Below, one piece after another: positions 22,812 to 38,326 of a stretch of 64,000 nucleotides of DNA. Both the position numbers and the translations under genes were made by a program. The stretch spans positions 695,036-759,035 of the forward strand of contig RHPI01002048.1 of NCBI GenBank assembly GCA_009103225.1, read 5' to 3'. The first letter of the stretch is position 1; each line of letters starts with the position of its first letter. Under the pieces are notes generated by a model. That model made no database searches, was not told the origin of the DNA, and saw only the letters and a list, made by a program, of their open reading frames with translations. Source of the stretch: Chlorokybus atmophyticus. Taxonomy: Eukaryota; Plantae; Mesostigma and Chlorokybus algae.

Positions 22812-24495
22812 TCATGCATGAACACCATTGCCGTTGGCAACAGGTCCATCCTGCACCCCGCACGCCATGTTGGCCGGCTGCGCGACGTCGATCATCTTCG
22901 GATACGGCAACCCCAAATCTGCAATTGCAAATGGACAGCTATGTATCATGATTGAAGGGCAGTGCTTGTTATACCTCAGATGTTATACCTCCGTGCTTAC
23001 CGTCCATCAGAATCTTGAAGTCATCCTGTCCAGCACATAAGTGTCAAGCCAAATGCTCATAGACGCGCGCAGCCGGCCCACATGTTCCTGTGTATGAACA
23101 GGCAGCCCCCAACATCAACCTACCTCACTTTTGGTGAGTCGAGGGTTGTACGCCAGCTCCTCGCGCACAGTTGTAACCTAATATGCATTGGGTAAGTTTC
23201 AGTAAAACTACTACTCTTCACTCATGAAGCGCAAATACTTCCACACGCACACACACACGCACTCACCGTATTGCCCTTGTAGTCGTGCGCGGGATACAGC
23301 AGCGTGTCGGGTGGAAGGGAGAGTATTCGCGAGTGCACTGATTGATACAACAACCGCGCATCCCCGCCCTACCATGAAATGTGTGTGGGTTTGTGTGTGC
23401 ACGCCCATGTGCCCGCGCGGGTGTGTTTGTGCATATGCGTGTATGTGTCACACAACGCACTCACTTGGAAGTCTGTGCGGCCGCAGCCCCGGACAAGCAG
23501 CGCATCACCCGTGAATGCTCGCAAAGGCTCATGACAACTTTCGCCTCCCCGCAGCACGTATGTCACGCATCCGGCAGTGTGTCCCGGTGTTGCGCGCACC
23601 TGTTATTATTGGTTGAAGATTTCACTGCATGTGGCCTCAGGTACAGTTTACTACCAACCTACCAACATATGGCATGTTGTGTGTGTGGACTTGCACACAA
23701 GCTCATGCGCATGCACGCGCACACATTGATTACCTGAAGCGTGAGGTTGCCGAATTGTATCTCATCTCCATCGCGCACCTTCACATCTGCTCTCGCACCG
23801 CTGGCCTCCGATATCACCGACCTCACACCCGGGATCTTCTTCTGCGCACACACTCATATGTTGACACATTGGTGGTGCACAACAACTGTGTGAGATGGCA
23901 GACACACAGTGGTTGTGCTCAACCCACATGCACTCATCAACGAATGCAGAAGCCTGACTTCAGTCAATCAGACTCTACGCTTGAAATGCAGTATACGCTT
24001 GCATTGCTTGAAATGCAATGTATGAGTGAATGAGACTGCAACACACAATCACGATCGATCAAAATCACTAAGTAATCAAAACTGTAACAACGCCAAGTGA
24101 TTCTAACTCGTTGCACACCTTCAGCAGCCCAGTGCCAGTGACATGGTCCGCATGTACGTGCGTATTGATGGCATATATCAGCGTAAGTCCCAGCTGCTGG
24201 ACCAGGGCGGCGTCCCTGTCTGCGGCGCAATCCACGGGATCCACGATCACCGCAGGCCGACCCGCCGCAGACTCGTCCGCCAGCAGGTAGGTGTACGTGC
24301 TGGATACAGGCTCAAACAGCTGCCTGAACAGGAGCATTGTGGACCTCTCTCCTGCCGCCGCCGAGGAAGAGGAGGAGGAGCAGGAGGAGGAGGAGGACGA
24401 CTGCTAGTGTTACAGACAGAGGAGTGTTGGCTGCTTACGTGGCGTCGCACACACGTGTCTGTGTTTGTTGGGGTGTTGCGTGGTAAGCACAACAT
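22812..24495 (-). CDS. ETHE1: Persulfide dioxygenase (metallo-beta-lactamase fold)
   Basis: LLFRQLFE...[79 protein letters not shown]. The 5' exon is tentative; an alternative ATG lies at 24337. Confidence 0.93.
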
Positions 24496-25037
24496 GCCCC
24501 CGCATCAACCTCATGTTGGGGTTCAGCACAAGTCGACTGAAAAACATGACAACGAAAAAGTTCGTTGAAGCCCTGTCGCCAACGGCCCCCGCGCGGACTG
24601 AAATAAATTCGGGTCAAGTCAGCAAAAGTGGCGGCACTGCAGAACGGCAGTTTGAAGTACAGCTTGTAGTCCCGCCCGCCGTTAAGAAGACCATCATTGA
24701 TGCGCCGATATCGACCACAGTCAACAATGTAAGCCAACGCATCGACTTAGGCTACGATATCTCTGCTTCTGTGGTATATTTGGAACCAGGTCGTTGGTGG
24801 AGTTTCGGTTACGGTTTGCAGCACGGCACAAACGGTGAACGGCAACGGTTTTTCCGGTCCGGCCTGCCTGAATTGTGTAACAGTGGTGGAGAGCAGTCTA
24901 TATTGTCAACTGTACTGCGCTGCATTTTGCATTTGTGAGCAAGTGTTAGAGTGCGGCGGCGGCGACTGTGCTGCAGGTATTGCCAGGGTAGGTGTGCAAC
25001 AGCAGAGGTGTGTTGGGACCCCCCCCCCCCCCCCCCC

Positions 25038-25721
25038 NNNNNNNNNNNNNNNNNNNNNNNNNNNNNNNNNNNNNNNNNNNNNNNNNNNNNNNNNNNNNNN
25101 NNNNNNNNNNNNNNNNNNNNNNNNNNNNNNNNNNNNNNNNNNNNNNNNNNNNNNNNNNNNNNNNNNNNNNNNNNNNNNNNNNNNNNNNNNNNNNNNNNNN
25201 NNNNNNNNNNNNNNNNNNNNNNNNNNNNNNNNNNNNNNNNNNNNNNNNNNNNNNNNNNNNNNNNNNNNNNNNNNNNNNNNNNNNNNNNNNNNNNNNNNNN
25301 NNNNNNNNNNNNNNNNNNNNNNNNNNNNNNNNNNNNNNNNNNNNNNNNNNNNNNNNNNNNNNNNNNNNNNNNNNNNNNNNNNNNNNNNNNNNNNNNNNNN
25401 NNNNNNNNNNNNNNNNNNNNNNNNNNNNNNNNNNNNNNNNNNNNNNNNNNNNNNNNNNNNNNNNNNNNNNNNNNNNNNNNNNNNNNNNNNNNNNNNNNNN
25501 NNNNNNNNNNNNNNNNNNNNNNNNNNNNNNNNNNNNNNNNNNNNNNNNNNNNNNNNNNNNNNNNNNNNNNNNNNNNNNNNNNNNNNNNNNNNNNNNNNNN
25601 NNNNNNNNNNNNNNNNNNNNNNNNNNNNNNNNNNNNNNNNNNNNNNNNNNNNNNNNNNNNNNNNNNNNNNNNNNNNNNNNNNNNNNNNNNNNNNNNNNNN
25701 NNNNNNNNNNNNNNNNNNNNN
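25038..25721. other. Assembly gap (N run); others at 26881-26943, 51784-52107, 59045-59286 and a single N at 28883
   Basis: Runs of n, most flanked by poly-C/poly-G tracts. Confidence 1.
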
Positions 25722-25738
25722 CCAACACTCCCTTCACA

Positions 25739-26480
25739 ATGGCCAACTCAACCATCCTCTCCAACGGCAAGGGTAAGCGGCGCAACTGCTGCTGCTGCTG
25801 CTGCTCAACTGCATTTACTGCAAGTTGCTCAATCACCGTCATCAACCCCACATGGCATTGATGTTAAACCCACATATCCACAGGTGCTGCCCCCATGGGC
25901 CAGTGGAGCACCTCTCTGCTCGGCATCCTCGACGACGGACCAGTTCCATGCCTCATCGCATGGTGTGTCCCCTGCGTCACCTTCGGCCAGGTACACTACT
26001 ACATACAACTGTCATCACTGTTGCTGATGGGTGTTCTTGATACTGATGATGTTGTTGTATCCCACAGATTGCTGAGGTTGCCAACGGCACCGGTTGCTTC
26101 GCCGCCGGTTGCATCTGGTACTGCCTGGCGGGTCTGGGTTGCTGCTGCATCTACTCGATGGGCGTCCGCGCCGCCATCCGCACCAAGTACGGCATCCCCG
26201 GCGAGCAAGGGATGGACGCCTTCCTCGGGTGCTGCGTGCCGTGCCTCTCGTTCGCACAGGAGCAGCGCGAACTCAAGGTACATGTTCGGTTAGGTTGGGT
26301 TCTCTCATCTCACTCTCATCAAGACTGTACAGTGATGCACAGTGTGGCTGACTTGTTCTCCGTGTTTGTCAATAACAGGTTCGTGGTGCCTTTGGTCCCA
26401 ATGGCATGAACGCTGGTGGTGCTGCCATGGCTGCTCCCCAAGCGCAGCACATGTCTGCTGGCAAGCCCGGCGGTTATTAA
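25739..26480 (+). CDS. PLAC8-family (PCR/CNR-like) Cys-rich membrane protein, 4 exons
   Basis: QWSTSL...CLIAWCVPCVTFGQIAE...GCIWYCL...CCCIYS...RAAIRTKYGIPG...CCVPCLSFAQEQRELK. Confidence 0.92.
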
Positions 26481-27888
26481 GCCGAGGCGATGATGACTTG
26501 AAGCCACCATCCCTTCTCCTCTAACATAATTCCTCCTTGTATTTTTACATTTATTTGTTCCCTTCCTCCGGGAAGTCCATGTAGAGACATGGCGTGTGTG
26601 ATGCTGGTAGTTATTGGTTGTTGAGACGATGAACTCGTGGTGTCTTAACATGTTACACTGACATTTGCTCTCTCATGGTAGCACACGTCTGGCAAGGCAT
26701 CCACATATATTATTTGCGAGCCACACAGTTGCAGACTGCTCAACACAGAAACCAATGGGCTCTGCGTGCATGATTGGCATGTTCATTACAATTGCAGCAC
26801 TGCTGGTTGTGGTACGTTACAGACTGTAACTTTTAGTGTCTGTGTGTGTGTGTGGTGGTGGTTTGGGGGGGGGGGGGGGGNNNNNNNNNNNNNNNNNNNN
26901 NNNNNNNNNNNNNNNNNNNNNNNNNNNNNNNNNNNNNNNNNNNGGGGGGGGGGGGGGGGGGGGTCATGTTCAGTGCAACGCTATTCTAGGTGTGCGTAGG
27001 CACCCGTACACACCCACAATGAGTGCTTAGCATTGTGGATGGTGCCAATATATGGCGCATTGGACAATGTGCTGGTCATGTAGACAGCGCCTGTGCGTGT
27101 GTACAAAAGATGTTATGCCTCATAGGTTGCATGCAAGGGGTGTTATGCATCACCACACACAGAGTGACATTCACCCACCACACATAGCAAACAGCATGTT
27201 ATATAATTCACCACCGGGCTACACTATCTACACTACTACTACACTACTCGCCTTCCCCGTTAGACACACAAGCATGCAAGTGTCCCAGTCAGTCACCTGG
27301 ACAACGGCGCAGGGTTAGCGGCCAGCCCTTGGCCCCCAGCAGTAGCAGACCACAAGGACTCCCTTCCCTCCCCCGCTCCGCCACCTCCGCCCTCGCTGCA
27401 CTCGCCTACCATACACTGCAATTGCTGCAGCCAGGCAGCATTGCCTGCACGTTGCGGTTAGCTGGCATGCACCACGTCAGCATGACACTGCCTGTGCAGT
27501 CGAGGTCATCGCTGTGTACGACTCAAAAGATGTTTGGGACTACGAAGGGACACCGTGTCTTTATAAACAAGAGATAACGAAAGACAAATAATCTACCACT
27601 CAACCCTCATCAACCACTCAACCCTGAGTACGATATATTCTGAGTACGACATACCCAGTACACAAGACTCACTGTCGTGGACCCGCCCGCCAACCCACAG
27701 GTCTAAGCTCCTCACGCCTGTTGTTGTTGTTGTTGTTTGTCCCTGTCGCCTTGTACGCTCAGTATTTTCTCCGCAGCCGCTCGTCCGACACACGTTTCTT
27801 CAGAAACCGCGCATCATCATCGAGCAATGCTTCCCTGTTGTTGATCATGACCTCCGCAATAGCTTGTTGAACACCAGCCGGCGGAGCA

Positions 27889-30250
<2,362 letters not shown>

Positions 30251-30311
30251 ACACAATTGGCAAAATGATGAGTGAGATCGGATCCCGCACAAATGAACTC
30301 ACAATGACGAA

Positions 30312-31368
30312 TCAGTAGTTGTTTTCGGGAAGGCCGCTGCGCCAGGTCATGTTGCGCACGGGAGTGAACATATCATCCAATTCATTGAGGAGGGGTTCAT
30401 CGCGGGCGCGGATGTCGGGAGAGAGGCCGTCGAGGGCCGCGCGTACATTACATTGCACCTCATCTGGATGCCGCATACCCACAAGCGTCGTGGCCACGTC
30501 GGGACTCCTCCTCATTGCCTCACGCAATGCTAAACCTGCCACGTCCTCACCTCGCTCTTCCATAAGCCTCACCGCGCGAGCACACACGTCTTTTAGTCTC
30601 TTGGGCGCCGGGTGCCATGCTGGTGGGTTGGGTGTCAAGAGGCCCATACAGAGGGGAGAAGCATTGATAATCCCAACATTCTTCTCTTTAAGGTAGGGCA
30701 CGAGGTGGAGCAGAGACGTGTCGAAGAGTGTGTTGTGGCAATATGACAGAATCACGTCCACGCTGCCGGGCTCCGCGCGGTCCAGCACGTAGCGAAACAC
30801 CTTCAATGGCAAACCCGTGATCCCAATGAACCGCACAATGCCCTCCATCTTTAGCCGTTGCAGCGCTGGCAATGTCTCATTCACAATCTGGTAGAGAAAG
30901 GAAGGATGACCACTACATACAAAGTTACAAGTGTCACCACCGCATGTCAAGCTTGCTAGCACCAACCTGATCAAGAGATCCCAACTCAATGTCGTGAACT
31001 TGCATGACATCAACGTAGTCCACCTGCAGGCGCGCAAGGCTTTCGTGCACACTGCGCGTGACTCTCTCTGCGCTGAAGTCAAAGTCAGAAGAACTGTAGT
31101 GACCGCACTTTGTCGCAAGGATGTATTCATCACGAGGGATGGGTTTCAATGCACAGCCCAGCGCAGTCTCCGCCTTCGTCTGGCCGTAGAACGGTGAAGT
31201 GTCGAAGTAGTTGATGCCGGCGGCGATGGCGTCGTGAACCGCAGCCACGCCGTCCTCCTCAGCCACGTCACCGAACACACCGCCAAGAGGGGATCCACCA
31301 AACCCTAACCCGCTGACCTGCAACCCAGTGGATCCCAGAGGCCGCCGGGGCAACTGCACCGCCGCCAT
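30312..31368 (-). CDS. LGALDH: L-galactose dehydrogenase (aldo-keto reductase; ascorbate pathway), 2 exons
   Basis: RPLGSTGLQVSGLGFGGSPLG, INYFDTSPFYG, ATKCG, LQVDYVDVMQVHDIE, FIGITGLPL, DVILSYCH, GIINASPLCMGLLT, WHPAP, TWRSG. Confidence 0.9.
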
Positions 31369-32748
31369 GCTGATGATGTGTGCCTGATTGAATGCGAAGG
31401 TGTTGGCTTGTTTGCAAACCATTACAACAGCCATTTGCTAGCACCTTTGTGGCATGAGACGTTAAGTTACACCTATGCAAAGAACATGCACACAGCAGCA
31501 AGCACAAGCAGAAGACCAGACATCGAACTAAGACAGGGGCACAACTACAGCTATGCGGCCTAGCTGAGTGCGTGCAAGTGGGGCGGAGGATAGTAGCAGG
31601 CAGCAGAGACAGGCCGCACCCACCTGAAGAGGCGCAATGCCCATGATATGCGCAATTATTCATGTGTGTAGGATCCTTAGTTTCACGTACTCAGCACTGG
31701 CATGTGTGCGCACCCGGTTACTATATGCCGGACACATGCTGCAAACAGCACACACACGCGCCACAACATCTTCATCGTCACCGCCAGGCTATGTGCTTGC
31801 TCACCTACCTCAATTACCCCCACATGCACAGCCCCGTAGCAGCACAGTCGTGGTAACTGTCACATGCTCTGTACTGGCAGTTACCATGCTCTAGCATGCA
31901 GCATGGTCATGTCACCCGCAGCAAGACTCCTTCCGCCGCCTCTCCCGTCCCCACCGCCACCATCCTCCCTGCTCCCGCCGCCGCCACCAAAGCCTGTTCG
32001 TCGTTTGTGGCCTGACAGCTCGAGCCAGAGAGATTGTGTAAACACTTGAGGTGGCTGATTGCTGTCACATCAGCAGCTGATGGCGGAATTACGGGCATGC
32101 TGTGTGGTCGCCGGCAGAGACTGCTCACCCTGCGTTTGTAACGGATTGTAGCAAGACTCAAATTGTGGCAGAGTGTAGGAGAGACGCATTGGAGATTGTG
32201 TGCACGACTGCTTGTGATTATGTAATGGTGTGCATGGACAGGATTGGGACACTGCCCCGTGAAGGTTGTAAAGTTCAGGAGACATTGCCTGGCGGTTTTG
32301 CAAATAGGGTTACTTGCGAGTAGGTGTGCGATAAGCGTATTAGATACACTCACTGGGAGACACTCTTTGTTTAGTAATACAAGTGGTCAACATAGAAAAA
32401 AATCGGGCACCGCGTACGTATGTGTGCAAACAACAACGACGTGCGTGAGTCACAGGGGTGGGCAGTAGCTTGAGTGGCAGAGTGAGTGCGAGAGAGGTGA
32501 GGTAGATGAACAAAAGAAGAGGTATAGCCCAACAATGACGCATGTTTGGGAGTAAAGTGTGCATGTGATGTTGACACATGTTGTGATGTGAAGCATGTGA
32601 TGCGTCATGGTGTATGCACGCAATAGCACTTCGCATCTTTGTACACAATAGTGCAATATATGCACAGTCTTTGCAAGCACTGCCCTGCCCGCGGTTTCTA
32701 CACTGTGGTCAACCTTGCAAAGATTAAGCACTAACTAGAACGGCCTCG

Positions 32749-35700
32749 CTATCTCGGCTGGACTTGCCGCAAGTTCCATGAGTTTTGGTACGCCTCCTCG
32801 AACCCGTAATGCGGTCTGCGCTCAAACCATGTGTCCCCTGGCTCTGTCGTATCCCAATGCTCGCCAGTTGTGCTGTGGCCATACTTCTGGACCTGCCAAC
32901 AGACACAACAGAAGTTATTATGCCAACACGACATCATCTGCGCAAGACAAGCAGAAAAACGACACCAAGTCTTGCACTGAACATGGCAGTACAGTACCCA
33001 GCATACCATGCCATTGCCGAAATGGTTTTCACCCCAACTTCTCAAGTACTCCTCCGAACCCTCTTCCTTGCTCCAGTTCTGACCAGACTTGTGACCCTCA
33101 CCACCCCAGCCATACTTCTCCTCCCACTTGTCACCCCATTCCCTACGCTTGCCTGCTCGTGTGAACAAACTTCAGTGCAAACAAAGCATATGCACCACCA
33201 CAGTGACATGGGGACAAAGCTCAGCGTAACAACTCACATAATTGTCATCTGCCATCAGACCAACTTTGCAACTGCCAATAACAGCATGCCTGTATAGGGA
33301 TCGACCTCTTCAGCCCACCGGTCCGTCCACTTGCTTGCAGCGCCCTTGCCATCCCATTCCTCACCCCAACGCTCATGATGAACATGACCTGGCCTTTTCG
33401 CCCACTTGTCGGCAGTCTTTGACGTCCAGCCGCATGTATCGTATGACTCCCACCTGCAGCAGACCATTTTCAGTAGAAGCGCACTTTGCACGTGCATACT
33501 ACCTGTGCTGATGGAGGAAACTTGTCACGTGCAGGTGCCATGCTTTCCGGTTGAATGGAGCATATTGAACGTACCACTTCTCCTCCCACTCGTCTCCTTG
33601 CCCATTCTGAGCCCATTTGTGAGCGCTCTTTTCAATTCCTGTCACACCATTGTCCGAATCCTGGCACGCACAGAGTCAGCCCAGTTGATAAAAGGACCTT
33701 TTATAAGTTGCTCCTCCTTGCCAGAGTGCGTGCATGCATGTGTATCTACAAGCGTCTGCATGCGGGTGTACGTGTCAGCATCTTTGCATGTGCATGCGCT
33801 CGTGCATGACACCATTTGAGTTTGTGTGCATGGTGGCGTGTGCTTAACAGCGCGCATAACAGCGTGCAAGTATATTCTTGTGTGTTGGGTGAATGCAAAC
33901 CTGTTGGGTGTATGCAAACCGTGCCTACAGCTTGCCGCAGGTGCAATTGCATGCAGCTTGTGCGTACAGATGTGCGTTTGTGTGAGCATGCGTGCAGGCA
34001 TTGGTGCTTGCAGCTGTATTTGTGTGCGTGCACGCTCACTGTGCTACCTGCATGCGTGCATGCATACGTATAACCGTGTTTGTGGGCGTGGGAGAGACAG
34101 CCATGCCATGCCGTGCCTGCATGTAATGGCTGGGTATTGACAAGTCGCTAGGACCAACAACTAACCTGCGTCAAGGCCTCCGTCCATGTCTCAGTCCAGG
34201 AGCCCCCGTTTTCATCTGCGCCAGACTTGCGCGCTCCAAGCTCGCGATAGCCAAGCCAATCGGACTTCTCCCACCAGGTCTCTTCCCACTCGATGCCAGC
34301 TGCTGTCACACCTCGCAGTAGCGTCCACTTCACCCGCAGCCCTTTCTCGCCTGCAGCACGATACGGATTTGAGACCATTGCAAAGTTGGACTCAGGACCA
34401 CCTAGGTGAATCGCGTTGAGAACAATCTGTGTGAAAGGTGCAAACTCTCGCTGTTACGCACCGAGCTCCTCGCCACTGGCGCGCCACCATTGTGTGCCAT
34501 CTTCAGCAATGCTAGATGACTCTCCTAGGCCCATATCTTCGCCCCAATGATCTCCATGTGCAGGATGTACCTGCAGTCAACAAGTATGACAAGGAGTTAT
34601 ATACAGTCCTGTTTGCTCATATTCAACTACCTGCTGTGCTCACCTCTAGAATTTGCTCAGAACCCTCACTCTGCATGGGTGGTCGGTATGCAGTGGTCAT
34701 TTCCACCACGGATTGCAATGGTGGAAGTTCTGCACCCAGCACAGCCATGCACTCTACCTCACTCTGCAAGGGTGGAAGCGCGGACCTGCACATCATTGGC
34801 TTTGGTCAATATCTGAGAGACGTCACCTATGGCCAGCCAAGCTCTCAAAAAGATAGCAAGCTTTGTGAACAAGCACTGGCACCTTTCCAATACATGCTGC
34901 AGAGTAGTAGGCTGCTCTGGTTCAACATAACTGGTCGAACTCTTCGCCTTTGCCTCAGCTCTCTGCCAACAGTCCCACAGTCAGACAAACCAGGTATAGC
35001 ACCAGCAAGGGTTGCTTATTCTGCCACAGTATCGGGCGCCACCTGCTGACAGTCTGTTACTACTGCTGCAGACAAAAGTACCATGCCACAAACCTGCATC
35101 TGTGGTGTAGGACTCCAGGGTGTTGGGTCCTGGTTAAACACATTGTCAGAGAAGCGCGCACGCTCAGCGCCCCAGCCAAGGTTGGCCTTCATTAATTCAC
35201 CCTGGCGTTGAGTCAGTGACGGTCTCCTTGTGCCAGTCAAGGCTGACTGCCGGCTTGTCCCAGAGGACTGGTCATCGTCATAGTTATAGCCATCGGCATA
35301 GTCATCACTTGAACCAGCGGCGCGACTGTCATGTTCCGAACTACTTGCTCCAGAGTCTGCTGACTGCCTGACTGTAGGGAATTGGTCCATGTCCGCAAAG
35401 CTGCTTGCACCTGCCAGTGACTGCCTCGTTGTGGGCTGATCTTCGTCACCCAGCGCGGCAGTGGTCTGATAGTTATCAACAACCTCTGTGCCAGGTGGCG
35501 GTCGCATTGATCCATTGGTTTGTGACTGCCTCGTTGTGGACAGATTTATGTAACCAACGCTGCCGCCAGCTGGTGGTGTCACTCTGCCAGCATCCGTTGA
35601 TGGCCCCCTTGAGGCAGTAGATCGCTCGTTGTCAACAAAGCTGCTTGCGCCTACTGGTGACTGCCTCACCACGGCAATGGTCTGATCGCTATCCACATCT

Positions 35701-38326
35701 TCTTTGCCAGCAGGTGATGGTCTCATTGTTCCATTCGTTTGTGACTGGCCTCTTGTGCCAGTGAATTGCTCCTTGTCATCATAGCTGCCGCCAGCTGGTG
35801 GTGACTCTGTGCCTGTGTCCATTGATGGCCTCCTCACAGTAGATTGCTCGTTGTCAACAGCCCTCGCGCCAGCTGGTGGTTGCAATGTGCCAGCATGTCT
35901 CAGTGTCTGAGTAAACTGGTTATTGTCACCAACGCTTACGCCAGCTGGTGGTCTTGTGCCGCCAGTAGATGTTGTTACGGAGGACTGGTCGTACTCATAC
36001 TCGTAGTCATAGTTATCAGTGCTTGAACCAGCGGCATAATTCCCACTGTCAAGGCTTGCGCCAGATTCTGTTGACTGCCTGACTGCGCTGAGGGATTGAT
36101 CCATGTCAACAAAGCTGCTTGCACCTGCTTGCGACTGCCTCAGCGCGGCAATGGTCTGGTCGTTATCAACCTCTGTGCCAGCAGGTGGAGGTCGCATGGA
36201 TCCATTGGTTTTTGACTGGCTCCTTGTGCCAGTGGACTGACCCTTGTCACCAACGCTGCCGCTAGCTGGTGGGGTCACTCTGCCAATATCCGTTATTGGC
36301 GTCCTTGAGGCAGTAGATTGCTCATTGTCAACCCAGCTGCTTGCTCCCGCTGGTGACTGCCTCAGTGCAGCCGAGGTCTGGTTGTTGTCAACAACCTCTG
36401 TGCCAGCAGGTGGTGGTCTCATTGACCCTTTGGTTTGTGACTGGCTCCTTGTGCCAGTGGATTGATCCTTGTCACCAACGCTGCCGCCAGCTGGTGTTAT
36501 GCTGCCAGTATCTGACACTGGCCTCCTTGAGGTAGTAGACTGCTCGTCGCCAACAAGCCTGCTTGCACCAGCTGGTGACTGCCTCAGTGCGGCAAAGGTC
36601 TGGTCGTTGTCAACAACCTCTGTGCCGGCAGGTGGTGATCTTGTTGATCCATTGCTTTGCAACTGCCTCCTTGTGCCAGTGGATGAATCCTTATCACCAA
36701 CGCTGCCGGCTGGTGGTGTCACGCTGCCACTGTCCGTTGAAGGCCTCCTTGAGGCAGTAGTAGACGGCTCGTTATCATCAGCACTCGCGCCAGCTGGTGG
36801 TCTCGCTGTGCGAGCCCCCTGTCTCATTGTATCGTTGAATTGGTCGATGTCATAAATGCTTGCGCCTGGTAGTGTGCTTGTGCCGCCAATAACTGTTGAC
36901 TGCGTCCTCGTGCTAGTGGATTGGTCCTGGTCACTGAGCGGGCCAGCTGGTGGTCTTATTCTGCCTGTTGACTGCCTCCTTGTGTCAGTGGACTGGTCAT
37001 GGTCAACAACATTTGGACCCGTTGATCGACTCATGGTGCCAATGTTTTGCGCGCCCCTCCTTGTGCCAGTGGGTTGGTCATTGTCAGCGATGCTAGCGCT
37101 AGCTGGTGGTTGGTCATTGTCAACAGCGCTGGGACCCGTTGGTGGTCTCGTAGTGCCAACGTTTCGCGCACCCCTCCTTGTGCCAGGGAATTGGTCGTTG
37201 TCAACAATGCTTGTGCCAGCTGGTGGTAGAATCGTGGCGGTGCCATTTGACTGCCTCAAATTGCCAGTGGTTTGGCCATTGTCAACGACAGTTGCGCCAG
37301 CACCTTCCGCACGAAGCGTCTGCCGCAAAACTGATCGCGTCGTGTCCGTCGCCTCCTCATTGCGTTCTATCCTTGTACCTTCCCGAATACGACTGCCCAG
37401 TGGTTTTTGCAGCAACTCGCTTGCATCCCGAAGCGCAGACTGTGTTTGCGTACGCAGGTCAATGTAGCATGCATGCTTTGCACGAATGCAGGGCAAGACC
37501 TAGCTGAATTAGGACAAGTACTGCCACTAGCAATAAGTAAGCAATGCATGCTGCCAGTCATGCTGGTGCTGTGGCGCAATCCTAACAAGCAGAAACATGC
37601 ACGGCAGTAAAGCTTACTTGTGCTTGTTCCCATAAAGCGGGGAGGCATTGCCTTAAGCGAAGAACGTGCGACGCAGACTGTTTGCCACGCTTCAACATGC
37701 ATTGCACTGTGGTTAGTTAGCCCGAGCATAAGAGTTGCGCACTGTTTGTGCTTACTTGTGCTCGCTCCAGCAAAGCCTGTGCTGTGGACTTGAATTCGGG
37801 GCTTTCTGTATTACTTCTGTCAGGTCCTTCTGAATTAGCATCAAAGCTTGTCTGCTCTGCCGTGTCCACACCTGCACACAACCGTGAGTACGAAGAGACT
37901 CTAATAGAGCATGCATAGAATGCATTCTGCCTCACACAGTGCATAGACTTCAAGGTATGCACATGCACAGTCATCATCCAAACAGCCTTGCCATGCTGCA
38001 CTGAGCACCGAAGCTTTACTTCGTACCACTGCATAACCAGGTTGCGCTTGAAGGCACGCACACCTTGGCATTGCAGCATAGGAGCATTGATCAAGAATGC
38101 ATCCTCACATACCAGGTTGGTCACCATCGCCTGCAGCCTGGCACATGGTTGCACGCTTGGCACCATATTTTACGCGAGCTAAGCTTCGGGACTGGGAGGA
38201 GTGCTGTTGCCGCCGACTAGGAGGACCTATGCTGCTGCTGCCTTGTGCTTTGTGTATGTCAAGCACTGAGCAAATGCCTGGCCTAGTGAGTGCGGACTCC
38301 ATGGCTCCAGTAGTTTGTAACATCAT
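32749..38326 (-). CDS. LESV: LESV/ESV1-family Trp-rich starch-ordering protein with a large repetitive insertion
   Basis: Transit-peptide-like first exon, and QDPTPWSPTP similar to the LESV PDFWSWTPP motif. Trp-rich exons: GTQWWRASGEE, KWTLLRG...EWEETWWEKSD..GYRELGARKSG...WTETW, ADKWAK...ERWGEEWDG..KWTDRWAE, WGDKWEEK, WGENHFGNG, VQKYGHSTTGEHWD. Confidence 0.85.
35240..37260 (-). repeat. Coding hierarchical tandem repeat (~25-aa PPAG...D.(D/E)Q...RQS units in ~74-aa super-units)
   Basis: Seen directly in the 826-aa ORF; e.g. three near-identical copies of TPPAGGSVGDKDQSTGTRSQSQTNGSMRPPPAGTEVVDNDQT..ALRQSPAGASS.VD.EQST. Confidence 0.9.

Noticed and set aside
24465-24938. 157-aa + ORF upstream of the first gap
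   Set aside because: No recognisable domain; it overlaps the ETHE1 promoter region and has no supporting splice structure.
24835-26027. Long ORFs spanning N-gaps (also around 51.7-52.4 kb and 58.8-59.8 kb) and poly-C/G tracts flanking the gaps
   Set aside because: Artefacts of translating through Ns; homopolymer lengths at gap edges are unreliable.
27290-27590. Coding-looking segment (EVIAVYDSKDVWDYEGTPCLYK)
   Set aside because: Could not build a phase-consistent gene model or recognise a family.
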